From an uncultured archaeon (GTDB lineage Archaea; Thermoproteota; EX4484-205; JAAOZP01): 61,726 nucleotides of DNA. How positions within the stretch are numbered: the stretch's first letter is position 1; each line of letters starts with the position of its first letter. Shown piece after piece: positions 38,249 to 47,002 of this stretch. The translations under genes and the position numbers were made by a program. The notes under the pieces are model-generated. The model had not been told where the DNA came from. It ran no database searches and was given only the letters and a program-made list of their open reading frames with translations. The stretch covers positions 1 to 61,726 of the forward strand of contig CALIBN010000018.1 in NCBI GenBank assembly GCA_938045545.1. Direction: 5' to 3'.

Positions 38249-39143
38249 GGTTAAGCAGTATGAAAGGAGATTCTTCGAGGGAGAGCAAGTACGAGGAGAA
38301 AGAGAAGAAGAGTCCTTTCATGTCTTAAGGACCTTTGAGAAATATGAAGTTCGCGAATCAGAAGGCGGCGGATATGAATTGCTTAAAGGTGGTGAAGTTA
38401 TCGGAATCTTTTCTGAAGCCAAGGTCGAGGAAGGCAGAATTGTTTTTACGCTGGGTAAAGGAATGAGTTTGGAAATTTTAGAGAGAAAAGCTAGAGAAAT
38501 ACTTGCTCCAGGAAAAGCAGAGTTATGCGGTCTAATAGCTTCTGACGGTGGAATTTACATTAATAGTGAGAAAGGCGTATACGAGGTTTATTTCGATAGT
38601 GAGGATAGGGAACTCGCCGAACTTTTCATTAACTTAATTGGAGAAGTCTATCACGAAACTGCTCGCGATTACATCCGTTTTGAAGACACGGGAGAAGGGA
38701 AGAAAACTTACCATAAGCCAAGGATATACAGCAAGAAGATAGCTTACGATTTAGCGGACCTAGGCATTAAGGGGCCAGAGGACTTTGAGTTCCATCCGCC
38801 TTTGAACCATTTAGACGAAGAAGGGAAAAGAGCATACTTAAGGGGTTTCTTCTCTGGCGACGGAAACATCTCCATGACAGGAGAGCGCGTCCATAGTATT
38901 CGTGTCTACTCAACATACAAGGAAGGGTTGGAAGAAGTGAGACAGATGTTCATAGACTTAGGATTTCATCCTCACGAGATTCGCACAGACCATAGGAAAC
39001 CAGGATGGCGCGATCTACATAGTTTTACTATTCCTGCAGAGGACCACCTGAAATTCATAGAGGAAATAGGCTCTAGGAAGCCGGAGCACGTGGAAAGGCT
39101 TCAACTGATAAAAATAATAGATGAGAGGAAGGAGAAGGATTGA
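38232..39143 (+). CDS. Free-standing double-motif LAGLIDADG homing-endonuclease-like protein
   Basis: ELCGLIASDGGI and YLRGFFSGDGNI motifs. No intein Cys1 or His-Asn termini. Confidence 0.85.
   Translation: MGGGSRVKQYERRFFEGEQVRGEREEESFHVLRTFEKYEVRESEGGGYELLKGGEVIGIFSEAKVEEGRIVFTLGKGMSLEILERKAREILAPGKAELCGLIASDGGIYINSEKGVYEVYFDSEDRELAELFINLIGEVYHETARDYIRFEDTGEGKKTYHKPRIYSKKIAYDLADLGIKGPEDFEFHPPLNHLDEEGKRAYLRGFFSGDGNISMTGERVHSIRVYSTYKEGLEEVRQMFIDLGFHPHEIRTDHRKPGWRDLHSFTIPAEDHLKFIEEIGSRKPEHVERLQLIKIIDERKEKD
39077..39125 (+). repeat. 49-bp direct repeat, copy 2 (3' end of the LAGLIDADG gene)
   Basis: GAAGCCGGAGCACGTGGAAAGGCTTCAACTGATAAAAATAATAGATGAG. Confidence 0.95.
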
Positions 39144-39205
39144 AACAGGGGTTAAGGTTAAAACTTTTTAACCACTTTTTTGTTGTTAAAAACGGAAAAA
39201 GAACC

Positions 39206-39280
39206 GCGGCGCTGGTCTAGCCTGGTTAGGACACCAGCCTTCCAAGCTGGGAATCCCGGGTTCAAATCCCGGGCGCCGCA
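39206..39280 (+). tRNA. tRNA-Gly(TCC)
   Basis: GCGGCGC/GCGCCGC acceptor stem, CCAGC-CTTCCAA-GCTGG anticodon arm, GGTTCAAATCC. Confidence 0.95.
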
Positions 39281-39320
39281 AAAACATAATAACCTTCTAG
39301 CGTTTTTCCCAAGCGTTTAA

Positions 39321-39686
39321 ATGGGGAAGAGGAAGGCGGTGGTCATCGCGAAGGAGAGGATAGACATCCTGCTTAGGCTTGCTCTGGAAACCGCGGAATC
39401 CGATTTGAGCAGGGCTGAATCATACGCTAGGCTTGCCTGGAGGATTGCTGAGAAGTATAATCTTAGGAAGAAGACTGTTTTGAAAAGATATTTCAGATGT
39501 AGCAAGTGCAAGAATCCGCTGATTCCGGGCCGCAGCCTTAGGATTAGGATTTTGAAAGGCAAAGGTGTGGGGCTTATCTGTCTGAAGTGCGGCGGCGTCA
39601 AGCTTATTCCTGTTTTCCACGAAAAAGATAAGAATCTGGATGTTGAAACCTATTCGACTAGGCTTGACTCTAGAGCTTGCAGCTGA
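39321..39686 (+). CDS. rnp4: RNase P protein component 4 (Rpp21)
   Basis: IAKERIDIL, CSKC..LIPG..RIR..CLKCG. Confidence 0.85.
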   Translation: MGKRKAVVIAKERIDILLRLALETAESDLSRAESYARLAWRIAEKYNLRKKTVLKRYFRCSKCKNPLIPGRSLRIRILKGKGVGLICLKCGGVKLIPVFHEKDKNLDVETYSTRLDSRACS

Positions 39687-40281
39687 AGCGGAGCGTTTCA
39701 CGAAAGCATTCATACTGTTGTTCGTCATTCTTGATTCTGTCGGAAACATTCCTGTATTCCACACTTTCCTAGAATCCTTTTCAAGCGAAAGGAAGAGGAA
39801 AATAATAAGGGAGTCCGTTGTCGCCGCAACAGCCGTGTTAGTGTTCTTCGCCCTTCTTGGAACCATAATGTTCAACTTCCTAGGGATAAGGCTTTACGAC
39901 TTCTACGTTGCCTCAGGAATGGTCCTCGTAGCAATATCCTTGAAATACATACTTGTGGGCGAGGAGAGTGAGCTTAGAGGGGAGAGGGCGGGGGAGATAT
40001 CTGTATTCCCTTTAGCTACGCCGCTTCTCGCAGGCCCGGGGAGTATTTCCACAGTCATAATAATATCTAATCCTCCGTACAATATTTTCACCTGCGTACT
40101 AGTAATACTGCTTAACGCGGTTTTAGCATATGTGATTCTCGTGAACGGTGAGAGGATTATGGTGAGCATAGGCAGAACGCCTTCGAAGCTTATTGCTAAA
40201 ATATTCAACCTGATAATAGTGGCTTTCGGAATAGTTATGATTAGAAACGGTTTAGAAGGGTTTCTACAGTTATCCGGCTGA
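39640..40281 (+). CDS. MarC-family membrane protein
   Basis: LFVILDSVGNIPVF, FPLATPLLAGPGSISTV. Confidence 0.88.
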   Translation: MLKPIRLGLTLELAAEAERFTKAFILLFVILDSVGNIPVFHTFLESFSSERKRKIIRESVVAATAVLVFFALLGTIMFNFLGIRLYDFYVASGMVLVAISLKYILVGEESELRGERAGEISVFPLATPLLAGPGSISTVIIISNPPYNIFTCVLVILLNAVLAYVILVNGERIMVSIGRTPSKLIAKIFNLIIVAFGIVMIRNGLEGFLQLSG

Positions 40282-40288
40282 CCGTAGT

Positions 40289-40458
40289 AAAGTTAATATA
40301 GTGGCCGAGTGGTCTCCGCTAAGGAGGTGTGTATCATACGCATGACTAGTAAAGCCCAAAGGGGGCGAGACTACCTGCGTTACAGAGAGAGCGACACCTC
40401 TATCACAGACCGTTGAAAAACAATATCGTTTTAAACCTGTTTTAGGAGGGGGTTCGTA
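40289..40458 (+). promoter_or_regulatory. leu operon promoter and leader (BRE/TATA AAAGTTAATATAG, RBS AGGAGGTG, motif AGGGGGCGAGAC)
   Basis: Three elements shared, in the same order and with similar spacing, with the ilv leader at 53998..54176. Confidence 0.7.
40342..40416 (+). CDS. Putative leu leader peptide MTSKAQRGRDYLRYRESDTSITDR
   Basis: uORF behind a strong RBS. Its single Leu codon lies in the RGRDxLR motif shared with the ilv leader. Confidence 0.55.
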   Translation: MTSKAQRGRDYLRYRESDTSITDR

Positions 40459-41997
40459 ATGGTTTGGAGAGGATATATTGCTGAGGCGAAAATACCTGAC
40501 AGGGTGGTTCTTTTCGACACTACTCTAAGGGACGGTGAGCAGACCCCGGGGGTCGCGCTTACGCCTGAGGACAAGCTTAAGATAGCGAGGCAGCTGGACG
40601 CGCTTGGAGTACCCGTATTAGAAGCAGGCTTCCCGGCGACATCGCGTGGCGAGGAGGAGGCTATTAGGCTGATAGTTAGAGAAGGGTTGAACGCGGAGAT
40701 CGCTGCCCTATCCAGATGCCTAAAGGAGGATATTGAGAAGGCCGCTTCAACCGGCGCAGGCAGAATACATCTCTTCATAGCGACCTCTGACATACATTTG
40801 AATAAGAAGCTGCAGATAAGCAGGGATGAAGCCGTACGCAGGGCGGTTGAATCCATAGACCTCGCTAAATCCTACGGTATGAAAATAGAGTTTTCAGCCG
40901 AGGACGCGACTAGGACGAGCATTGATTTCCTAGTGGAGTTTTACAGGAGGGTTGAAGAAGCGGGGGCAAGCACAGTCGATATTCCTGATACTGTTGGCGT
41001 TGCAACACCCTTCGCCATGAGGGAGATTGTTAAGAGGGTTTGCGAAGCCCTGAGGATCCCGGTTGCGGTACACTGTCACAACGACATGGGCCTAGCTGTC
41101 GCGAACACGCTTGCAGGCATTGAGGGAGGAGCTGCTGAGGCGCATGTAACAGTCAACGGGCTTGGAGAGAGGGCTGGAAACGCTAGCCTGGAGGAGGTGG
41201 CGGTTTCCCTGAAAGTATTATACGGCGTTGAAACAGGCTTGAAGTTTAAAGAGATATACAACACCTGCAGGCTGGTCTCCCTGATAACCGGTATAGCAAT
41301 ACCTGTGAACAAGCCTATAGTTGGGGAAAACGCTTTCTCCCATGAGAGCGGGATCCATACTCACGGCATAATAGCATCCCCAGAGACTTATGAGCCGATA
41401 GACCCAGGGTTCGTCGGGGCTCGGAGAAGGCTGGTGGCCGGGAAGCACGCCGGCGTCCACGGGATTTCAGCGCAGCTTGAGGAAATGGGGTATAGGCTGA
41501 GCGAGGAGGAGTTGAAACAGGTTCTTAAAATAGTTAAGGATATTGGCGACAAGGGTAAGAAGGTTACTGACGCGGAACTCGCCTCGATAGCTGAAAGCGT
41601 TATAGGATACGGGGTCGGCGAGAAGGACCGCATCGAGCTTGAAGAGCTTCTGGTGGTTACAGGGTTGAACACGACGCCGACGGCAACAATAAAGATAAGG
41701 AGAGGGGAACAGGCCTGGAGGGGAGCTGAGTTCGGAGTCGGGCCGATAGATGCTTCGATGAAGGCGGTCAGCAGGCTTCTCGGCGACCTGGTTAAGATAA
41801 AGCTTGAAAGCTTCAGGCTGGAGGCGATCACGGGAGGCACAGACGCGCTTGCAGAGGTCACGGTCAGGGTTTCAGACGATGAGGGGCGGAGCGTGACTGC
41901 GAAAGGATTCAGCGAGGACATTGTGCTAGCAGGGGTTTACGCGATACTGAATGGGGCCAACAGGCTTCTGCAGATTAGGAAGAGGGCCGTCAGATGA
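40459..41997 (+). CDS. leuA: 2-isopropylmalate synthase (LeuA/CimA family)
   Basis: DTTLRDGEQ, HCHNDMGLA, GERAGNA, HESGIH, C-terminal regulatory domain. Confidence 0.88.
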   Translation: MVWRGYIAEAKIPDRVVLFDTTLRDGEQTPGVALTPEDKLKIARQLDALGVPVLEAGFPATSRGEEEAIRLIVREGLNAEIAALSRCLKEDIEKAASTGAGRIHLFIATSDIHLNKKLQISRDEAVRRAVESIDLAKSYGMKIEFSAEDATRTSIDFLVEFYRRVEEAGASTVDIPDTVGVATPFAMREIVKRVCEALRIPVAVHCHNDMGLAVANTLAGIEGGAAEAHVTVNGLGERAGNASLEEVAVSLKVLYGVETGLKFKEIYNTCRLVSLITGIAIPVNKPIVGENAFSHESGIHTHGIIASPETYEPIDPGFVGARRRLVAGKHAGVHGISAQLEEMGYRLSEEELKQVLKIVKDIGDKGKKVTDAELASIAESVIGYGVGEKDRIELEELLVVTGLNTTPTATIKIRRGEQAWRGAEFGVGPIDASMKAVSRLLGDLVKIKLESFRLEAITGGTDALAEVTVRVSDDEGRSVTAKGFSEDIVLAGVYAILNGANRLLQIRKRAVR

Positions 41998-43259
41998 CTG
42001 GTTTAACGGCAATACAGAAAGTGGTTTCCAAGAAAACAGGCAGGCCCCGCGTGGAAGTGGGTGAAATAGTGGAGGCTAAGGTGGATTTTCTAATGCTGCA
42101 CGAGGTGACTGGGCCGCTGGCTGTCGAACAGTTTGAAAAAATCTCTGGGAAACCCTGGGATCCCAGCAGGGTGATAGTGGTTTTCGACCATGATGTCCCC
42201 CCGAGCACGATAGAGCTGGCCAGCCAGATGAGGAGGATGAGAAGCTTCGTTAGAAAACACGGGGTAAGAAACTTCTTCGAAATAGGGAGGGGAGGCATAG
42301 CTCACCAAGTCCTCTTCGAAGAAGGCTTCGACGTGCCCGGCTGCCTGATAGTCGGCGCGGACAGCCATACTTGCACAGCCGGGGCGACCGGCGCAATTGG
42401 AATAGGCGTCGGCTCTACTGATGCTGCTGTCGTCCTAGCCACTGGAGAAATATGGCTGAGGGTTCCTGAAACACTGCTGGTCGAAATTAACGGTAGGCTT
42501 AGGAAAGGAGTTTTCGCGAAAGACGTCGCTTTAAGCATCGTCGGGAAAATCGGCAGCAATGGGGCGACCTACAAGGCTCTTGAGTACTCGGGTGAAACAG
42601 TAAGAATGATGTCCCTGTCTGAACGCCTTACTCTTGCAAACCTCTCCGTGGAGACTGGTGCTAAAACCGGAATCGTTCAAACAGATTCTAAAAGCATTGA
42701 GTACGCTGAGCAATACGGGAAATGCAGCGGGCTGCTTGAAGTAAGAAGCGACCACGACGCAGACCTTGAGAAGATCGAGATGGATGTTTCAAACCTGGAG
42801 CCTGTTGTAAGCTTGCCGCACAGCGTGGACAACGTTAAGCCCGTTGCAGAGGTTGAAGGCCTTGAGATAGACCAGGCTTTCCTAGGCTCCTGCACGAATG
42901 GGAGGCTTGACGATCTTCACGTAGCCTCCAAGATACTTAGGGGTAGAAGGATCGCGCCGGGTGTAAGGCTGGTGGTCAGTCCGGCTTCAGTCAAAGTGTA
43001 CACGGAGGCTTTGAGAGCAGGAATCATCGAGGAGATTGTGCGAGCCGGTGGAATAGTGACGAGCCCCACGTGCGGCGCATGCCTAGGAATGTCCAGAGGG
43101 GTCCTTGCAGAAGGCGAGGTTGCTGTTTCAAGCAGCAACAGGAACTTTATAGGAAGGATGGGCGATAAGAAGAGCAGAGTGTTCCTCGCCTCCCCAGCGA
43201 CGGTGGCTGCGTCAGCAGTGGAGGGGAAAATAACTGACCCGAGGAGGCTTCTGGCTTGA
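41994..43259 (+). CDS. leuC: 3-isopropylmalate dehydratase large subunit
   Basis: GADSHTCT, GSCTNGR, CGACLG, SNRNFIGRMG. Confidence 0.9.
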   Translation: MTGLTAIQKVVSKKTGRPRVEVGEIVEAKVDFLMLHEVTGPLAVEQFEKISGKPWDPSRVIVVFDHDVPPSTIELASQMRRMRSFVRKHGVRNFFEIGRGGIAHQVLFEEGFDVPGCLIVGADSHTCTAGATGAIGIGVGSTDAAVVLATGEIWLRVPETLLVEINGRLRKGVFAKDVALSIVGKIGSNGATYKALEYSGETVRMMSLSERLTLANLSVETGAKTGIVQTDSKSIEYAEQYGKCSGLLEVRSDHDADLEKIEMDVSNLEPVVSLPHSVDNVKPVAEVEGLEIDQAFLGSCTNGRLDDLHVASKILRGRRIAPGVRLVVSPASVKVYTEALRAGIIEEIVRAGGIVTSPTCGACLGMSRGVLAEGEVAVSSSNRNFIGRMGDKKSRVFLASPATVAASAVEGKITDPRRLLA

Positions 43260-43753
43260 AAATACGCGGCAGGATTATTAGGCTTGGCGACAATGTGGAC
43301 ACAGACGTTATAATACCTGCAAGATACTTGGTGACTCATGATGCTGAGGTTCTTGCAAAACATGTTTTCGAAGACTATTATCCTGAATTCAGGGCGAAGG
43401 CGTCTGGTGGAGCAATAATAGTTGCTGGTGAGAATTTCGGGCTGGGGAGCTCCAGGGAGCACGCGGTAATAGCTTTGAAACACTCCGGTGTGAAAGCCAT
43501 AGTCGCCAAGTCCTTCGCGAGAATCTTTTACAGGAATTCTATAAACCTGGGTCTTCCAGCGCTTGTCATCAGGGAGGCTGAGGGTTTAGACAGGCTTAAG
43601 GATGGGGATGAGGCTGAGCTTGACGTTGCCAACGGGGTTTTAACGATTATCAAAACCGGGGAGAAGTTTTCCTGCGATAAAATGCCTGAATTCATCATGA
43701 AAATAATAGAGGCGGGGGGTTTAATAAACTATTTTTTGAAGGAAAACGGTTAA
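43256..43753 (+). CDS. leuD: 3-isopropylmalate dehydratase small subunit
   Basis: DNVDTDVIIP, NFGLGSSREHA, SFARIFYRN. Confidence 0.9.
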   Translation: MKIRGRIIRLGDNVDTDVIIPARYLVTHDAEVLAKHVFEDYYPEFRAKASGGAIIVAGENFGLGSSREHAVIALKHSGVKAIVAKSFARIFYRNSINLGLPALVIREAEGLDRLKDGDEAELDVANGVLTIIKTGEKFSCDKMPEFIMKIIEAGGLINYFLKENG

Positions 43754-43815
43754 ATCCAGTGGAAGGCTGGGCCCGATAACTATTTATAAACCGGCTCCGC
43801 ATAAAGCTATTACTG

Positions 43816-44661
43816 TTGCAGCGGAGAGAGGCGGTTAGAAGGGAGGCTGTAGGCACTTACTCCTGCGAGCAGTGTGGACATCCACTCAGCCCCGAATACA
43901 AGTTCTGCCCAGCCTGCGGAACCCCGCGGAAAGGAGTCTCCTATGTGAGGAGGGTTTCAACAGGCAACCAGGCTATAGACGAGATCCTGGAGGGTGGTTT
44001 CGAATCGGGTAAAACATACCTGCTCGCCGGAGAGGCTGGAACCGGGAAGACGATTTTCAGCCTGCAGTACCTCCTATACGGGGCTAAGAACAACGAGCCT
44101 GGGATCTATGTTACGATAGACGAGAGACCGGAGATGCTTGTGAGGGATGTGAGGAACTTCGGCTGGGATCTTCAGCCTCTTGTGGAGACAAGGAAGCTCG
44201 CGATCCTCCCGGTTAGAAGATACTTCACCTCCAAGATGTGGGGAAGAGAGATGGACGCTATAGTCAACAACATAATAGAGGAGCTTGACAAGAGGAGGAG
44301 GGAAATAGGGGCTAAGAGGCTTGTCATAGATCCCATAGCCCCGCTGGTAACCACCTACTCGAACGAGGTTGCATGGGTTAGAGAATACATCAGGAGCCTC
44401 ATATTCTCGATCGAGGAGAAGCTCGGCGTAACCACCGTGATAACATCGGAGGTCCCAACCGGGGAGAACATGATGAGCAGGTATGGTGTTGAAGAGTTTC
44501 TGGCGAGCGGCGTCATAATACTCTCCATATCTAGGGTTGGAAACTCCATTATAAGGACGATGTTCATAAGGAAGATGCGCTGGACGGCGGTGAACCCGAT
44601 AATCTACAGGTTTGAAATAGAGAGGGGCCGCGGAATAGTTCTTAAAGAACCTTTAAGCTAA
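43816..44661 (+). CDS. KaiC/RAD55-like RecA-superfamily ATPase with N-terminal double Zn ribbon
   Basis: CEQCG..FCPACG, STGNQAIDEILEGG, GEAGTGKT, RKMR. Confidence 0.85.
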   Translation: MQRREAVRREAVGTYSCEQCGHPLSPEYKFCPACGTPRKGVSYVRRVSTGNQAIDEILEGGFESGKTYLLAGEAGTGKTIFSLQYLLYGAKNNEPGIYVTIDERPEMLVRDVRNFGWDLQPLVETRKLAILPVRRYFTSKMWGREMDAIVNNIIEELDKRRREIGAKRLVIDPIAPLVTTYSNEVAWVREYIRSLIFSIEEKLGVTTVITSEVPTGENMMSRYGVEEFLASGVIILSISRVGNSIIRTMFIRKMRWTAVNPIIYRFEIERGRGIVLKEPLS

Positions 44662-45221
44662 GTGGGCAGCCTGGTTCCGCACCTGAAGCAGAATTTGTAG
44701 CGCGCGTTATTAATGGCTCCGCATTTCGGACAGGTTTTAGTACTTGCAGTGCCAGCTTCCTCGACAGTAGGCCGCGGCGTAGCGGCTACGGTTTCAACCT
44801 GCTCCAGTTCTGCCTCCTCGGGTTCAGCAGGCCCCTTGAAAGAAGGCTGCGCCTCAGGAACCACTGCTGCACTACTAGTGGGAGCAACCTGAACCTCCGG
44901 CTCTCTCGGCGCATAGACAGGTGGCTTCGCCGAAACCTGCTCCCTAACCTGGGCCTTCGGCTCCTCACGGGTTTCTACAGCAGGCTTCGCCGGCACAGGG
45001 GGCGCCGCGGGAACAGCAACCTCCTTCTTCAGTATGACGATGTCTTCAGCAGCGTCAACCTCGCTCCAGATGAACTCCATCTCCCTATTGTCTCTACCGA
45101 CAACAACTATTCCAACAAGGTTCTCGCCTAGGACGAACCCTATGTCCTTAACGGTGCCGACGTACCGGCCTCTCTTATCGTAAACCTGTAGGCCTATTAT
45201 CTTGTCCTTTCTAATTAGCAA
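44658..45221 (-). CDS. PRC-barrel protein with Pro/Glu-rich linker and C-terminal Zn ribbon
   Basis: IIGLQVYDKRGRYVGTVKDI..DIVILK, then CPKCG..FCFRCG. Confidence 0.75.
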   Translation of the reverse strand: MLIRKDKIIGLQVYDKRGRYVGTVKDIGFVLGENLVGIVVVGRDNREMEFIWSEVDAAEDIVILKKEVAVPAAPPVPAKPAVETREEPKAQVREQVSAKPPVYAPREPEVQVAPTSSAAVVPEAQPSFKGPAEPEEAELEQVETVAATPRPTVEEAGTASTKTCPKCGAINNARYKFCFRCGTRLPT

Positions 45222-45343
45222 CCCGTAGAGGAATTCTCTGGGGGTGACTTTTATTCTTTATCTCTACATTAGTATACAATGCTTACAACTAAAACGTAGT
45301 GCTTAACCGGCAGTGAAAACGTTTTCTAGGCCTTAGAAGTTGC

Positions 45344-46876
45344 TTAAAGTCCTTTTTCCGCGGCGGAGGAGAAAAAGCCCTTTACAAGCCTGCTGACGGA
45401 ATACTCGAGAAGCATCCTAGCCTCCCTGTCCTTCTGAGCCATCAGGCCAAGCATGGAGTAACACTCCTGCAAAGTTTTCTCCCTGGCTGCAAGCATTTTC
45501 GCGTCAGCCTCAGGCGAGCCCGCGCCCAGTGACACGCGCTTCGAAACGAGAACACTCGTGTCGGCTTCCCTCAGAATGCTCGCAAGTAGACTACTAATAT
45601 CTCTACCCAACACGTGTAGGGAAATCTCCTTTAGATCGTCCTCGGTAAGACCAGTCATCCTCCTACCCGTCTTAACGCTGAGCTTCACGATCTCCCCCAC
45701 CAGCCTGTGGGCAAGCCTGAAAGGAACCCTGGCCTCCTCAACTATTCTTTCAGCAATGTCCAGGGCGATAATGCTTGGCTCAGTTAAAGACCTTATTCTC
45801 TCACGGTTCTCCTCGAGGTTCTCGAGAACAATCCTGACGATCCTAACGGCCTCCCTGGTTGTTTCAATCGCCTCGATCAACGGAGGCTTAGTCTCTTGAA
45901 GATCCCTAACGTAGCCGCTGGGCACCGCCTTGCAAACCATTGAAAGCTGGGCCAGGCTTGAGAAAACCCTCCCAGTCCTCGCACGGGTCAGCTCAAGTAT
46001 GCACGGGTTCTTCTTATTAGGCATTGCGCTAGACGGGAACGCCAGCTCATCCGGAAGCGTGAAGAAACCGTACTCTGAGGTAAGCCAGATAATCAGGTCC
46101 TCCATAATCCTGCTCAAGTTAAGCATGAGAATGTTAAGGTTTGAAACAACCTCCAACGCAAAGTCCCGTGACGAGACGGCGTCGAACGAGTTCTCCACAA
46201 TCCCGTCGAACCCTAGTAGCCTCGTAGTTAGGCTCCTGTCTATTTTAAGAGAGGAGCCGACTATAGCAACGCTTCCCAATGGATTCTGGTTAACCCTTTT
46301 AAACGATTCAGAGAGACGGTTGAAGTCGCGCAGAAACATGTCGAAATAACCTAGGAAGTAGTGTGAAAGGGGAGCAGCCTGAGCCTGCTGAAGGTGGGTG
46401 TAGAACGGGAAAACTATGTCAACAGTCTCCCTAGCCTTCTTTAGAAGGGTCTCCTCAAGCTTAAGAAGTTCCCCCATGATGCTTAAAACCTCTCTTCGAG
46501 TCTTAAGCCTCACCGCCGTGACAACCTGGTCGTTCCTGGAGCGCGCCGTGTGAACAAGACCTCCGACCTCCAGCCCAGCCTGCTTAACCACATAAGACTC
46601 TATCAGCTCATGAACATCCTCATACTTCTCAAGGTCTAGCTGGCTCAAATCCTCGTCCCGAAGCCTTTTAAGAGCCTCGAGAATCCGTTTAAGCTGCTCC
46701 TCAGTAATATAGCCCTGCTCCATAAGCATGAAGTCATGCGCAACCGTGCACTCAATATCCTCGCTGAATATCCAGAGGTCTTCCCTGATGCTGGACACGT
46801 ATCTCGTGGCCTCTGAGGAAACCGGCCCCAGCCTGCTCCGGTATATGCCTCCACCAACATCATGCTCCATGGGCAA
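45344..46876 (-). CDS. argH: Argininosuccinate lyase
   Basis: EDVH, HTARSRNDQV, YTHLQQAQ, SSAMPNKKNP. Confidence 0.92.
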   Translation of the reverse strand: MPMEHDVGGGIYRSRLGPVSSEATRYVSSIREDLWIFSEDIECTVAHDFMLMEQGYITEEQLKRILEALKRLRDEDLSQLDLEKYEDVHELIESYVVKQAGLEVGGLVHTARSRNDQVVTAVRLKTRREVLSIMGELLKLEETLLKKARETVDIVFPFYTHLQQAQAAPLSHYFLGYFDMFLRDFNRLSESFKRVNQNPLGSVAIVGSSLKIDRSLTTRLLGFDGIVENSFDAVSSRDFALEVVSNLNILMLNLSRIMEDLIIWLTSEYGFFTLPDELAFPSSAMPNKKNPCILELTRARTGRVFSSLAQLSMVCKAVPSGYVRDLQETKPPLIEAIETTREAVRIVRIVLENLEENRERIRSLTEPSIIALDIAERIVEEARVPFRLAHRLVGEIVKLSVKTGRRMTGLTEDDLKEISLHVLGRDISSLLASILREADTSVLVSKRVSLGAGSPEADAKMLAAREKTLQECYSMLGLMAQKDREARMLLEYSVSRLVKGFFSSAAEKGL

Positions 46877-47002
46877 CCCTAAACCTGATGAACCTGCGGA
46901 AACCAGCTAATAAGGGTTACATAAGGCTCCCGGAAAATCCTCTCGGAAAACTTAAAAACGGCTTGAAACAATCGTTCAACCAAGGGTTAAAGGAAAGCCG
47001 TC

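Larger units (their letters stand above)
36191..39143. mobile_element. Small repeat-bounded island upstream of tRNA-Gly(TCC); no integrase visible
   Basis: 49-bp direct repeats, three non-housekeeping genes including a LAGLIDADG protein, adjacent tRNA. Confidence 0.55.

Noticed and set aside
38232-39143. Intein or intron-encoded endonuclease
   Set aside because: No N-terminal Cys/Ser block, no C-terminal His-Asn, and no interrupted host gene or rRNA.
40321-40420. T-box riboswitch in the leu/ilv leaders
   Set aside because: No TGGNACC T-box bulge, and the leaders are too short for Stem I.
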